Virus record (IMG/VR): IMGVR_UViG_3300037483_000370
Span: 3,690-67,689 of that record
Origin: a virus
Taxonomy: Duplodnaviria; Caudoviricetes
Direction: 5' to 3' (one strand)
Length of the DNA: 64,000 bases
This document shows positions 35,125 through 44,361 of this stretch, piece by piece; positions within the stretch are counted from its first letter, which is position 1, and each line of letters opens with the position of its first letter. Below the pieces are notes generated by a model that saw nothing but the letters and a program-made list of their open reading frames with translations, was not told where the DNA came from and did no database searches. The position numbers and the translations under genes are program-made.

Positions 35125-35870
35125 ATTACATCCTCCAGTGATTTTTTATAATCCTTGTACACGCCGCCCCGGATATCGAACAATGTCTTATTGTCGCCCA
35201 GGAATATTTGGCTATGATATTTAACCGGCAGCAGGAACGCCTCGCGGATCTCGCGCCGGGCGATATTCAATATCTTGATATAATCCATGGACAGAAACCG
35301 CTTCATAACGGGCAAAACATAGATCTTTTCCAAGTTCATGAAGTCGCCATACGATTCTTTCAAGGTCTCAAGCGTCTCTAATAATTTGAGGGCCTCGTCA
35401 ACTGAATATTTGTCCACGATAGGAATAATGAGGACATTGGCCATGATCAAAGCGTTTCGGGTCAGGACGCCCAGGGATGACTCGGTATCAAATATGCAAT
35501 TTGAATAATGGGCGAGGGTAGGGGACAGCACCGTTTTAAAGATGAGTTCCTTTTGATACTCCTGGATATTCCCGAACTCATCAGAGAAGTTATTCAGATT
35601 GATCGTCGCAGGGATCAGATCCAGGTTTTCTGATATGTTATACACACATTTCGGCATGAGCCGCTTATTCCGTAGGCCATCCAGTAGATTATGTTTGATC
35701 TGCTCATCAGACAAAAAGGCATTAGAGCTATGCCGCTGGTATCCGGCATCGATCAGGAGAGTCTTTTTCCCGGCGCGGGACGATATAAGAGCCAGATACT
35801 CGCTGACCGTCGATTTTCCGGCACCACCTTTACTATTTGACACAACAATATTTTTGTTCATTTTTTCCAC
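35121..35870 (-). CDS. parA: ParA-family ATPase
   Basis: Deviant Walker A KGGAGKST, LLIDA..Q, LDLIPATINL, IFDTES. Confidence 0.93.
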   Translation of the reverse strand: MEKMNKNIVVSNSKGGAGKSTVSEYLALISSRAGKKTLLIDAGYQRHSSNAFLSDEQIKHNLLDGLRNKRLMPKCVYNISENLDLIPATINLNNFSDEFGNIQEYQKELIFKTVLSPTLAHYSNCIFDTESSLGVLTRNALIMANVLIIPIVDKYSVDEALKLLETLETLKESYGDFMNLEKIYVLPVMKRFLSMDYIKILNIARREIREAFLLPVKYHSQIFLGDNKTLFDIRGGVYKDYKKSLEDVI

Positions 35871-35896
35871 CCGGTTGGAAAAAGTAGGGTAGGGGC

Positions 35897-36106
35897 CTAT
35901 ATTGCCAAAAGGTGCTCGTACCGATCCCAGGGACCTGGGTCGGCCATGGTCGGGCTTGAATTGATATCAGCGTCATACATCTCAACCAAGTGATACCGAC
36001 CATCGGAAGACTGAATCTTTTTGAGGGTCACCTTGACCCGCCGGCCCATAAAATATAGCTCAACCTGCTTTTCCCAGATTATTTGGTGTGAATGAATCAT
36101 TATCAT
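35897..36106 (-). CDS. hypothetical protein
   Basis: 69-aa ORF. Confidence 0.4.
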   Translation of the reverse strand: MIMIHSHQIIWEKQVELYFMGRRVKVTLKKIQSSDGRYHLVEMYDADINSSPTMADPGPWDRYEHLLAI

Positions 36107-36150
36107 GTCTATAGGGTCGTCAGATACTTTACAAATGTCAACTAAAAAAT

Positions 36151-36813
36151 ATGTCGCATGAAAATTACTTGACCTGTGCCCGTGAGGGCCATTATATTCT
36201 AAAAAAATTACTAGCGGAGGTGTTTATGAGACATAAGGGAATCATAATGCTTATGCTTGTACTCGTTTTCACGGCCTCCAAATGTATGACGTATGACCGT
36301 TGCGTATCGGGGATTGAGTATGATTACAGTTTACTCAATGATCCGCGCTGGTCATCGGACTACAATCAATTATCGCTGTTATATCGGATTCAGCAGGAAT
36401 GTGGTCAATTACCTGAATACAAGGAACATGCCAGCAAGCCACCTGTACAGGCCTGTGAAGAAATTCCCCAAAAACTTGCCATATTGGCAAAACGTTATGC
36501 AAACCCAAAATATCCGGGGATCCTTTTGATTCCACAAAGAAAAATATTACACCGGAACGGCAGCTCGTTTACCTATGCCATCTGGAATTTCACAAATCAA
36601 AACATAAATGGACGCGCCAAGCTATTGGTATTAATAAAACTGAATGACGGGGAGATACGGTATGGTAATGAATTTACACCAGTCAACCTGATGCGTGGCT
36701 ATAATGGCATCGGCCAGACGATTATTTATGCTGACATTGATCCGGCGGACGTTGCAAACGTGAGTATTGTTATGGTAGAGTTTGATAAAGGATCGTATTA
36801 TCGGCAATATTGA
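36151..36813 (+). CDS. putative exported or lipoprotein cargo
   Basis: Likely start MRHKG after GGAGG, then a hydrophobic signal; own TTGACC/TATATT-like promoter; opposite strand to neighbours. Confidence 0.6.
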   Translation: MSHENYLTCAREGHYILKKLLAEVFMRHKGIIMLMLVLVFTASKCMTYDRCVSGIEYDYSLLNDPRWSSDYNQLSLLYRIQQECGQLPEYKEHASKPPVQACEEIPQKLAILAKRYANPKYPGILLIPQRKILHRNGSSFTYAIWNFTNQNINGRAKLLVLIKLNDGEIRYGNEFTPVNLMRGYNGIGQTIIYADIDPADVANVSIVMVEFDKGSYYRQY

Positions 36814-36909
36814 TAAAACAGCATAACTTCTGTTAGGTGACATAAGCTTTCTTATCGGAAGTTATGATAATAGATAACAAAACGCCGGGGATCAGCCCGG
36901 CGTGCTCGT

Positions 36910-37101
36910 TTAATGGAGGCACTCCTGTCTCTGCCGCAGTTCTTTGACCACGGCCTCAACGTGAAACCTGCCATGGATCCCGAGATAGCTCAACATCCGC
37001 TCCGCCAGGTCCCAAAGCTCGGTCTCCCGGATCTCTTTAAAGTCGGGTTGGTAGGTGATGGCTTCGATGGCGCGGTGCCTCAAATTATTTTTCATTATCA
37101 T
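36910..37101 (-). CDS. hypothetical protein
   Basis: 63-aa ORF followed by a GC hairpin terminator near 36880-36903. Confidence 0.5.
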   Translation of the reverse strand: MIMKNNLRHRAIEAITYQPDFKEIRETELWDLAERMLSYLGIHGRFHVEAVVKELRQRQECLH

Positions 37102-37393
37102 GGCAATATCCCTTTATAATTGATTTCATTGGTAAACAGGAATAATGTTTACCGATGTTCCCGGCCTGCAGCCAGGATAAATATTTTTCTGCATCCTGCT
37201 TGGTTAGATTTGACATACCTTGATAGGAAACATACCGAATAACCACCCACCGTCCGGACGCCCAGGCCCGCGCTCCCCAATATGATGAAAAACCATTGAG
37301 CTTTTTCGCATTGATAATCAGGTCCCCTTCAAATTTTTTGAGACATTGGTCAATGTCAGCCGCGATCTCCTTACATGTCCTGATTTTAGGCAT
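37085..37393 (-). CDS. hypothetical phage protein
   Basis: 102-aa ORF, GGAG RBS. Confidence 0.6.
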   Translation of the reverse strand: MPKIRTCKEIAADIDQCLKKFEGDLIINAKKLNGFSSYWGARAWASGRWVVIRYVSYQGMSNLTKQDAEKYLSWLQAGNIGKHYSCLPMKSIIKGYCHDNEK

Positions 37394-37395
37394 TG

Positions 37396-37575
37396 TTATT
37401 TCTCCTTTTTCAACGATTTCTTTAACAGGTCCACCGCCCGGCGGACCACCCGCCAGTTCGTGGTCCGCTCCTGTGCTGATATAACATTAATATCCTTCTG
37501 GATGTTCTCCAACTCGTCATCCGGGAACCGAACCACCAGGGACCGGTCCCCGACTATCTTTTCATGTTTCGGCAT
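37396..37575 (-). CDS. small RHH-like protein (59 aa; not in ORF track)
   Basis: MPKHEKIVGDRSLVVRFPDDELENIQK...VVRRAVDLL. Confidence 0.45.
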   Translation of the reverse strand: MPKHEKIVGDRSLVVRFPDDELENIQKDINVISAQERTTNWRVVRRAVDLLKKSLKKEK

Positions 37576-37591
37576 AGAACCTCACTTTTAT

Positions 37592-37828
37592 TCAGGCCGC
37601 CTTGAGAGCAGCCTGCAGTTTGTCATAAAACCCCTGATTGTATGCCTGATAGAATCCAAGGGCTTTTTCCACGGTGATCGATGACCCGCAAGTGTGGTCG
37701 CCGGCATAATACTTTTCAACTTCTTTTTTGTCCGGGGTCAGAAACCAATAATTTGGATTGGAGCTTTCCCCGTTTTTAAATAGATACTTGTAACCCTTGC
37801 TCTCCATTTCATTGATCCAGCTATTCAT
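37592..37828 (-). CDS. hypothetical protein
   Basis: Start reassigned to MNSWINE after GGAGG. Confidence 0.5.
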   Translation of the reverse strand: MNSWINEMESKGYKYLFKNGESSNPNYWFLTPDKKEVEKYYAGDHTCGSSITVEKALGFYQAYNQGFYDKLQAALKAA

Positions 37829-38081
37829 GCTTAACCTCCCGTAATATTGAGTCCTTTCCCATGTATATAAGATTATTTTTCTTGAGTGATGCAATTGCGT
37901 TTTCGTATCGTTGTTTCCTGTTGAATCCTCCGCGAAAAGAATACAGTTCACGCCACTTTCTTTTCCCCCGAATGACATCTAAGACAACTTGTTCGCTTTT
38001 ATTGATTTTTACCTTCATTCCTGACCTCATCATACAAACCGTATCTACGCTGCAATGAGCATGATAGCCCAACGATTTCAT
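37821..38081 (-). CDS. hypothetical wHTH-like protein
   Basis: 86-aa ORF. Confidence 0.45.
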   Translation of the reverse strand: MKSLGYHAHCSVDTVCMMRSGMKVKINKSEQVVLDVIRGKRKWRELYSFRGGFNRKQRYENAIASLKKNNLIYMGKDSILREVKHE

Positions 38082-38147
38082 CTTGCATCTCTCTGCTTTT
38101 TTTCTTTGATCGTTTTGATTATCGTTATGTTGGTTGCTTGCGACATT

Positions 38148-38423
38148 TTATATTCCAATGATTTGTTTAAATTCATCGATATGGCCCTCATAACCGTGCA
38201 TCATGTCGGCCATGAACTTATTCACTGTTTCAGTATCCTCGCCTTCGGCGTCCCCGCCACCGATGTCATAATGACCATTCGCCCACACGTCCACATAGAA
38301 CCCATGGCTTTGATCGGTCCAGACCCGGATATAACCGTCACGGATTTCATGTGATTCTGCGGCATCAAGCCATTCCTGTAATTCGGTTTTAGTGGAATCG
38401 TTGTAACTCATTCTGGGTTCCAT
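38148..38423 (-). CDS. acidic hypothetical protein
   Basis: 91-aa ORF, GGAG RBS. Confidence 0.55.
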   Translation of the reverse strand: MEPRMSYNDSTKTELQEWLDAAESHEIRDGYIRVWTDQSHGFYVDVWANGHYDIGGGDAEGEDTETVNKFMADMMHGYEGHIDEFKQIIGI

Positions 38424-38434
38424 GCTGATCTCCT

Positions 38435-38644
38435 TTACATTAATATATGAATGAGCATTTCAAGAGCTTCAACTTTTCTATCGTCTTCAAAATCAGCACA
38501 CACGGTTATATGATATCCGCCAGGGATTATGCTGTACCATAATTCAAAATTAAAGAATGTTTTACCATGGACTTTGCTGCGTATTGCGTTAATCTCAACC
38601 TCTGTTTTGGCATATTCAGTAGCTTCATAAATGACTTGTTTCAT
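38435..38644 (-). CDS. hypothetical protein
   Basis: Start reassigned to MKQVIYE downstream of the promoter. Confidence 0.55.
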   Translation of the reverse strand: MKQVIYEATEYAKTEVEINAIRSKVHGKTFFNFELWYSIIPGGYHITVCADFEDDRKVEALEMLIHILM

Positions 38645-38672
38645 GTTTTTTCCTCTCCCTGATCTTGATACT

Positions 38673-38701
38673 AATGTATAACATGTATAACACAATGTCA
38701 A
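38673..38701 (-). promoter_or_regulatory. sigma70-type promoter with TGTTATAC direct repeats
   Basis: TTGACA-17 nt-TACATT. Confidence 0.65.
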
Positions 38702-38743
38702 GAGATATAATCAATATTATTAATAAAAATAGAAAAAATCGAT

Positions 38744-38776
38744 AAAAAAAGAGCCGGTTTCCCGGCCCTAAAAAAG
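38744..38776. terminator. intrinsic terminator ending the late operon
   Basis: GCCGG-TTTC-CCGGC hairpin flanked by A/T tracts. Confidence 0.6.
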
Positions 38777-38799
38777 GAGATTTACTGGAGAAAAGCTGT

Positions 38800-39024
38800 T
38801 TATGCGGCTGCTGCAGCGGCCTTTTTGAGATACTGGTATATATAGTAGATGCCGCCCAGAGCTGCGCCCGTGAGAACGCTGGCCGCCACCAATGCCCGCC
38901 ACTGCTCGATGAGCTTGACGACCAGAATGATATCCGCAACCACCGCGCCCAGGGACACCAGAGCTACTAAAATGATAATAGCCATATCCTTTTTGTTAAG
39001 ATTTTTGAGAATGATATTCAGCAT
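38800..39024 (-). CDS. small two-TM membrane protein
   Basis: Two hydrophobic segments. Confidence 0.65.
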   Translation of the reverse strand: MLNIILKNLNKKDMAIIILVALVSLGAVVADIILVVKLIEQWRALVAASVLTGAALGGIYYIYQYLKKAAAAAA

Positions 39025-39085
39025 GTTGAACCTCTTTTAAATATTTAAATTTATATTGTCACCGCGCCAGAGCGCGGACTGCATG

Positions 39086-40357
39086 TTAATGAATAGCATC
39101 CATGCGCCTAGCATCAGCGTACAGCACAGGATCAAAAACAATGCGCCCGGACATGTCAATCATATGCATCTGCTGTGAGATGGACGCAACCGACTTGACC
39201 CGTTCGATGCTATATTGATCCGCCCCCACCAAGCACCCGTTCATATACAGGTTGCCACCATTGAACATTGGGAACCGCGCCGATGTGTGATAATGGGCGA
39301 TCGATATAGAGTCGAACACTACCGTCTGCGGGATCCCCACCTGTGACAAGCATCCGTACAACTTGGCTGCTGATGCGGTCAGGCCATAGAGCGGGATGCC
39401 GGCAAATGACGAGGATCCACCGCCCATGATATCACCATGAGTATAAAGAATCCGGTGGCCGTTGATCGTTTCTACGATAAAAGGAGACTCCGGGACCTCG
39501 ACCTCAATCTTGACCAAGCCACCGGCCTGTATCTGCTCCATCATCATCTTGATCTGGTGGCCCAGCAAGTATTCATAATTAAGTGTAACCTTGTCTGCAA
39601 AATAGGGCTTGCCATCAACGACCCGCGCATGATTGCCCACCAGGAAAATAACCTTGATATGATTCAGATAATTTGTCAGTTCGGAGAACTTATTTATCAG
39701 GTATTGCTCCAGATACAATAACGCCTCGATGATATTCATTTCATTGGTTCGGGCGTATTCCTGATGTATCATGCCATGGATCATATCCCCGCCCAATACC
39801 AGCACCGCCTCCTGGATCTTAAAATTTTTACAATGGGTCAGGAATTGATTCAAAATAAAATCAGCACGCTTAACCATGATACTTGAATTAAACTCATTCA
39901 AATTATAAATGGTTTCCGGCAGTACCACCTGGCCGCAATGCCAGTCCGATAGGGACAAAGCTGCTTTCAGACCTTCCCGTTTTGGGAATATCTTGGTATT
40001 GATCGTGGGCAGGTTGATCTTTGCCCCCAGGAGAGTTCTATATAGCTCCAGGAACCGGTCCTCAATACCCTGCTGCCGGAGAAGATCCTTGCGTTCTCGT
40101 GTGAGACGCCTTACATCCTCCCCCGACATGATGACTTTCTTTTCCAACTCGTGCAGGTATTCGGTGCCTTCATCTTCCTGGGTGGGCTGATCCAGGGCCT
40201 CCATGTTCTCCAAGGCCCAGATAATATGCTGGGCCAGGTTTTGCGGGATGTCGAGAAATCCCTGCAGTTTGATTCTGCTTATGGTCTCGTTACGTTTTTC
40301 AAACTCCCGCTTGACTGCTACTGCTTGCTTCCATAGCGTCCGCGTAAATTCTGTCAT
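39086..40357 (-). CDS. calcineurin-like metallophosphoesterase with N-terminal coiled coil
   Basis: SDWH, GGDMIHG, VGNH, THGD and AHYH motifs. Confidence 0.85.
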   Translation of the reverse strand: MTEFTRTLWKQAVAVKREFEKRNETISRIKLQGFLDIPQNLAQHIIWALENMEALDQPTQEDEGTEYLHELEKKVIMSGEDVRRLTRERKDLLRQQGIEDRFLELYRTLLGAKINLPTINTKIFPKREGLKAALSLSDWHCGQVVLPETIYNLNEFNSSIMVKRADFILNQFLTHCKNFKIQEAVLVLGGDMIHGMIHQEYARTNEMNIIEALLYLEQYLINKFSELTNYLNHIKVIFLVGNHARVVDGKPYFADKVTLNYEYLLGHQIKMMMEQIQAGGLVKIEVEVPESPFIVETINGHRILYTHGDIMGGGSSSFAGIPLYGLTASAAKLYGCLSQVGIPQTVVFDSISIAHYHTSARFPMFNGGNLYMNGCLVGADQYSIERVKSVASISQQMHMIDMSGRIVFDPVLYADARRMDAIH

Positions 40358-40920
40358 TATTTACCGCCGACCCAGAGGGTGCCGCCCAGGGTAAAACCGA
40401 TAGGAATGGAGCCCTTGGGCGTCGTCTTAAACCAGGCTGGTTCAACAAGTAGGCCAACATTCAAAGCGGCGAACTGCCATCGGCGCATATAGATGGCACC
40501 CAGCCATGAATGATATTCGCTCCCGTAATAGAGACCATAATAATTTAACTGCACACCATTGACCCAGGTATTCCAGCGGTGGACCTCCGGGATGATGTTT
40601 TTGTCGATCGATGTTTTTCCTTTAACCTCTCCCTTGGCCTCGGTTGTGAACGTGATTTGCTTGCCCTTGACTTTCCAATTCGAGTGCTTGAGCGTGCTTC
40701 CCTTGGTTGCCGATTCAATTACCGTATTGATCCCCTTCCCTTCTCCAATTTTCCCGCTGGGTTTCATGATATAATACATGGTGACACCCAACGCAGTGCC
40801 GCCGATGATAACACCGGCAGCAAAAAAGATCAGATACTTTTTCCAGTTTGTCATGATGCACTTACCTCCAGTGCGGCCATCGTCAAAATCCCATAGATAC
40901 CAGTATCCGGGATCCCACAT
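40357..40920 (-). CDS. membrane-anchored protein in lysis cassette
   Basis: N-terminal TM after MTNWKK; follows endolysin. Confidence 0.5.
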   Translation of the reverse strand: MWDPGYWYLWDFDDGRTGGKCIMTNWKKYLIFFAAGVIIGGTALGVTMYYIMKPSGKIGEGKGINTVIESATKGSTLKHSNWKVKGKQITFTTEAKGEVKGKTSIDKNIIPEVHRWNTWVNGVQLNYYGLYYGSEYHSWLGAIYMRRWQFAALNVGLLVEPAWFKTTPKGSIPIGFTLGGTLWVGGK

Positions 40921-41663
40921 TTGGCCTGAAATGTCCGGAGTGCGGCGTGGGTAGCGGGGCCGAACGAACCGTCCACATCCATCTCCGGTATATATTTTTT
41001 AAGAAGCGTTTGCATGTGTTCGACCTGCGAGCCTGTGCTTCCGAATCTCAATTTTTGAATATTAAGATTTTCCACGTCCCTGAAATTAAAGAGAACCGCT
41101 GAAAAAGATTGATTGTTTTTGTGGATGCTGTAGATCCAGTCATAAGCTACTTTCCAGTCATCTGTGGACTGCGGCGGAGCCATATAACCCCGGACCGTTA
41201 CACAGCCGGCGGAATAGGGTGCGAAACCGTGAAAATTGTCTCCCACGCTATCGTATTCATTGAAGTCATCGTCGTTACCCAGGATCATATCGCTGGACCG
41301 CCAGTACAAGAACGGAATTGCCTCGACCAGTGCCGGATATTTCCCCAGGTGCTTGCCCTTTATCCAGGCTTTCGGGTACCATCCAGAAGCGATATAACAG
41401 GCATTGGCCGTGCCCTCAACCTGTTTTGTTTGGTATTCTTTGTGTGGGAACGTGCGGCCCGTGAGAGCAATACACCCCTTTCCATCTATGAGCATAACCG
41501 TATCACAGCAGTTATCCATGGTATCCGCACAGTATTCCAATACGCCATTCTTTAAAATACTATTACGGATAACTGCGATCAGCGGTAGGTCATATATGCC
41601 GGTGAAACTGTTGAGTTCAAATAGCTTTTCAATTATTTTTTTACCCGCGGGATAAATTACCAT
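40851..41663 (-). CDS. endolysin: L,D-transpeptidase-like catalytic domain plus peptidoglycan-binding domain
   Basis: C-terminal PG_binding_1 (LRFGSTGSQV..MQ.LL...DGSFGPAT.AALRTFQ...G....GIYG); NFH...SAGC motif. Confidence 0.75.
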   Translation of the reverse strand: MVIYPAGKKIIEKLFELNSFTGIYDLPLIAVIRNSILKNGVLEYCADTMDNCCDTVMLIDGKGCIALTGRTFPHKEYQTKQVEGTANACYIASGWYPKAWIKGKHLGKYPALVEAIPFLYWRSSDMILGNDDDFNEYDSVGDNFHGFAPYSAGCVTVRGYMAPPQSTDDWKVAYDWIYSIHKNNQSFSAVLFNFRDVENLNIQKLRFGSTGSQVEHMQTLLKKYIPEMDVDGSFGPATHAALRTFQAKCGIPDTGIYGILTMAALEVSAS

Positions 41664-41992
41664 TAGTCACCCTCCCGTCGGGTAATACTCGGGTCCCGAG
41701 GCCTTATGGCAGGCAGGTCATTATATTTCATCCGCAGGGGATCCTCGGGTTCTCTCGTGTCTATGCTCATCTCCCGAGCCGTGTTACCCTTCATTTCCGC
41801 AAATTTCTGCAGGGCCTTGCCGCCGGTAGAAAAGGCGATAAGGGTGGATACCAGGGTGGCCCCGGCATACATGTCCTTGCCAAACAAGACTGTCAGGATT
41901 GCTACAATGCAGGCAACTACGGTACACATGAATTGGCAAAGTCTCATCATGCTGTGGCTAGGATCCTCTGCGAAAAATCCTTTTAAGCTCAT
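41663..41992 (-). CDS. putative holin
   Basis: Two TM segments, S.MRL motif, directly upstream of endolysin. Confidence 0.65.
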   Translation of the reverse strand: MSLKGFFAEDPSHSMMRLCQFMCTVVACIVAILTVLFGKDMYAGATLVSTLIAFSTGGKALQKFAEMKGNTAREMSIDTREPEDPLRMKYNDLPAIRPRDPSITRREGD

Positions 41993-42004
41993 TGATAAGC
42001 TCCT

Positions 42005-44323
42005 TTATATAAACTTATAGTCTAAATTCTCCGGATAGAGTATGTCGAATTTCTCTATCAGCCATTTTTTAGTAACCGCCTCGACTGTTTTATACACGCT
42101 TTTGTGGGGTGCCCCAGCAAATCCGGTAACTAGAACATCACCGCTTGGTGAAAATTTTACACACTTCCCATAATCAGGCGGCAGATCCGCCGGATTAGTC
42201 ACTTTGATAAAGGTATCATAACTCCGTTTGTAAATAGTTATGTAAGGAGTGGCACTATGCGCTACAGCCAAGTAGGTGCCACAGGGAGAAAAAGATACAC
42301 CCCTAGCATCACCAGTCGGCAAAATATTCGGATCCGGGAGTATCGTAAAGATGTCTCCATTCCGTTTGTAAATAGTTATGTAAGGAGTGGTATCATGCCC
42401 TGCAGCCAAGTAGGTGCCACAGGGAGAAAATGATACACTATTTACGCTGCTGGCAGGGGCGGTTGGAGCACCCAGCTTGGTAAACGTGTCACCAATCCTT
42501 CTGTAAATATGGAAAAAAGGAGTAGTATACTGTCCCACGGCGAGATAGTGGCCGCATGGCGAAAAGTCTAAGCCCCGTACAACGTTTGTCGGCAAATCCG
42601 CCGGGTTGGTCAGTTTATTAAAGGCGTCGCCATTCCGTTTGTAGATCATGATATATGGGCTGCCGGAATGTCCCAATGCTAAATATGTGGAGCATGGTGA
42701 AAATGCAATTGTATTACCATAGCCAGTGGGCAAAACATCTGGATTCCCGAGTTTCGTGAACGTATCGCCGTTTCGTTTGTAGATGGCTATGTAAGGACTT
42801 AAATAATGCGCTACAGCCAAGTAAATGCCGCCCCGAGAAAAGGATACACCATAACCAAAACTCGGAATCAAAGGATCTGGGTCGGGCAGTTGAACAAAGA
42901 TGTCCCCGCTCCGTTTATAGATAATAAGATATGGAGAACTTTGCAATCCTGTCCCCATGTAGGTTCCACATGGAGAAAAGGAGATATCTTCAAAATCGAA
43001 AGCAAAGCTGCCACTAAACGGATCGGCCAGTCGAACGAATGGCTCTTTTCTACTGTCTCCGTTACCCTGGTATGTCATGATCAGCCGTGACATGTGCGGC
43101 ATAATGACGCGACCATTCACTCCCTTGGTCGTCCAATATTTATTAAAATAGCTTATCGCATGGTCTGCATCGGTTTGTACAATCGTGGACTCACCCTCTG
43201 AAAATATTTCTACACGTTGACCCTCAGAAGCAGACCCAGGGAGGGATAATTCGACGGCACCTTTGGTTTTATATTTTCTTTCAGAGTGCAGGGGAATATT
43301 AGATGTGATTAAAGTTTCATCCATCTCATGTTCCAAAATGCTTGCCATCTTAACACTGTTTGCATTAGTTGTCCATAGGGCAGTCTTCGTATATGGAATA
43401 ATATTAGCATCAGTTATAGACACCGCGTTCTGTGGCACATTGATTTCAGCGACCTTGAACCATTTATTCGTGCCCACAAATGGATCGCAGTAGTTGTCGC
43501 CCATGGTCCCGCCCAATATAATGCCGTAGGCATCAAGGCTGGCCATGGTTGGCCGTTTTATCCGGATCAAGGAGTTTTCGCCAGTTCCCGGACCGGTAAT
43601 CCGCAGATGGTTGGATCCGTCATTTGAAGCGATGGTCCCGAAGCCGGCTGCGTTCAGAGCGGTAATGATTTCAGCCAGAGTGGTGGTCGCTGGGCTGGCC
43701 CCACGACAATCAACCTCGACGAACTCGGCATCGATGCCCGCGGCAATGGCCAGAATATAACGGGCTGATAGATCGATATTCGGATTAATCACTACCGTAG
43801 AGGTAATAATGCCGGCTGTAGCCGCCGTGACCGATGGAGCGACCCCGGACCCAACGGTGCCGTCTTTTTTCTGAACGGCTAGATATATATGCTTATCGCG
43901 GCTTGCAGTCCCCTGAGTTAATGACTTATTTGATGGATTCACCTGGTAGACCACAGTATCAGAGTATGCGTCTTGCCGGCTGATCTGGGACTCAATGATA
44001 TCAATGCGCGCCCCGCCCGCTGCGCCAGCGGTAAGACTAACGGAAAAATTATCCCCGTCGTTATGATCGATAGCAAACCTGATGTCATCGCCGTCAATCA
44101 TTTGTACGACTGGGGCCGGAGTCGAGAGATTGACTACCATGCCGCTGCCGGCACTGGCCACCAGGCCCTCGATGATCACCGCATCATAGCCGGTTCCCTT
44201 AAATAATAGTCCCCTGATCATTGATTCAATGTTCCGGGCCGCTTGTTCACTCATGCGCTGTAATACCAAGTCGGATTCAATTCGTTGGTGTTGTATCTGC
44301 TGCAGTGTGCGAATATTTCTCAT
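42005..44323 (-). CDS. tail fibre / receptor-binding protein with C-terminal WD40-like propeller
   Basis: Follows baseplate genes; seven 44-aa repeats SFSPCGTYLA....PY..IYKR.GD.F.KL. Confidence 0.75.
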   Translation of the reverse strand: MRNIRTLQQIQHQRIESDLVLQRMSEQAARNIESMIRGLLFKGTGYDAVIIEGLVASAGSGMVVNLSTPAPVVQMIDGDDIRFAIDHNDGDNFSVSLTAGAAGGARIDIIESQISRQDAYSDTVVYQVNPSNKSLTQGTASRDKHIYLAVQKKDGTVGSGVAPSVTAATAGIITSTVVINPNIDLSARYILAIAAGIDAEFVEVDCRGASPATTTLAEIITALNAAGFGTIASNDGSNHLRITGPGTGENSLIRIKRPTMASLDAYGIILGGTMGDNYCDPFVGTNKWFKVAEINVPQNAVSITDANIIPYTKTALWTTNANSVKMASILEHEMDETLITSNIPLHSERKYKTKGAVELSLPGSASEGQRVEIFSEGESTIVQTDADHAISYFNKYWTTKGVNGRVIMPHMSRLIMTYQGNGDSRKEPFVRLADPFSGSFAFDFEDISFSPCGTYMGTGLQSSPYLIIYKRSGDIFVQLPDPDPLIPSFGYGVSFSRGGIYLAVAHYLSPYIAIYKRNGDTFTKLGNPDVLPTGYGNTIAFSPCSTYLALGHSGSPYIMIYKRNGDAFNKLTNPADLPTNVVRGLDFSPCGHYLAVGQYTTPFFHIYRRIGDTFTKLGAPTAPASSVNSVSFSPCGTYLAAGHDTTPYITIYKRNGDIFTILPDPNILPTGDARGVSFSPCGTYLAVAHSATPYITIYKRSYDTFIKVTNPADLPPDYGKCVKFSPSGDVLVTGFAGAPHKSVYKTVEAVTKKWLIEKFDILYPENLDYKFI

Positions 44324-44361
44324 ATTGGAAATTCTCCTTTTATAATTCTTAATAATTAATT

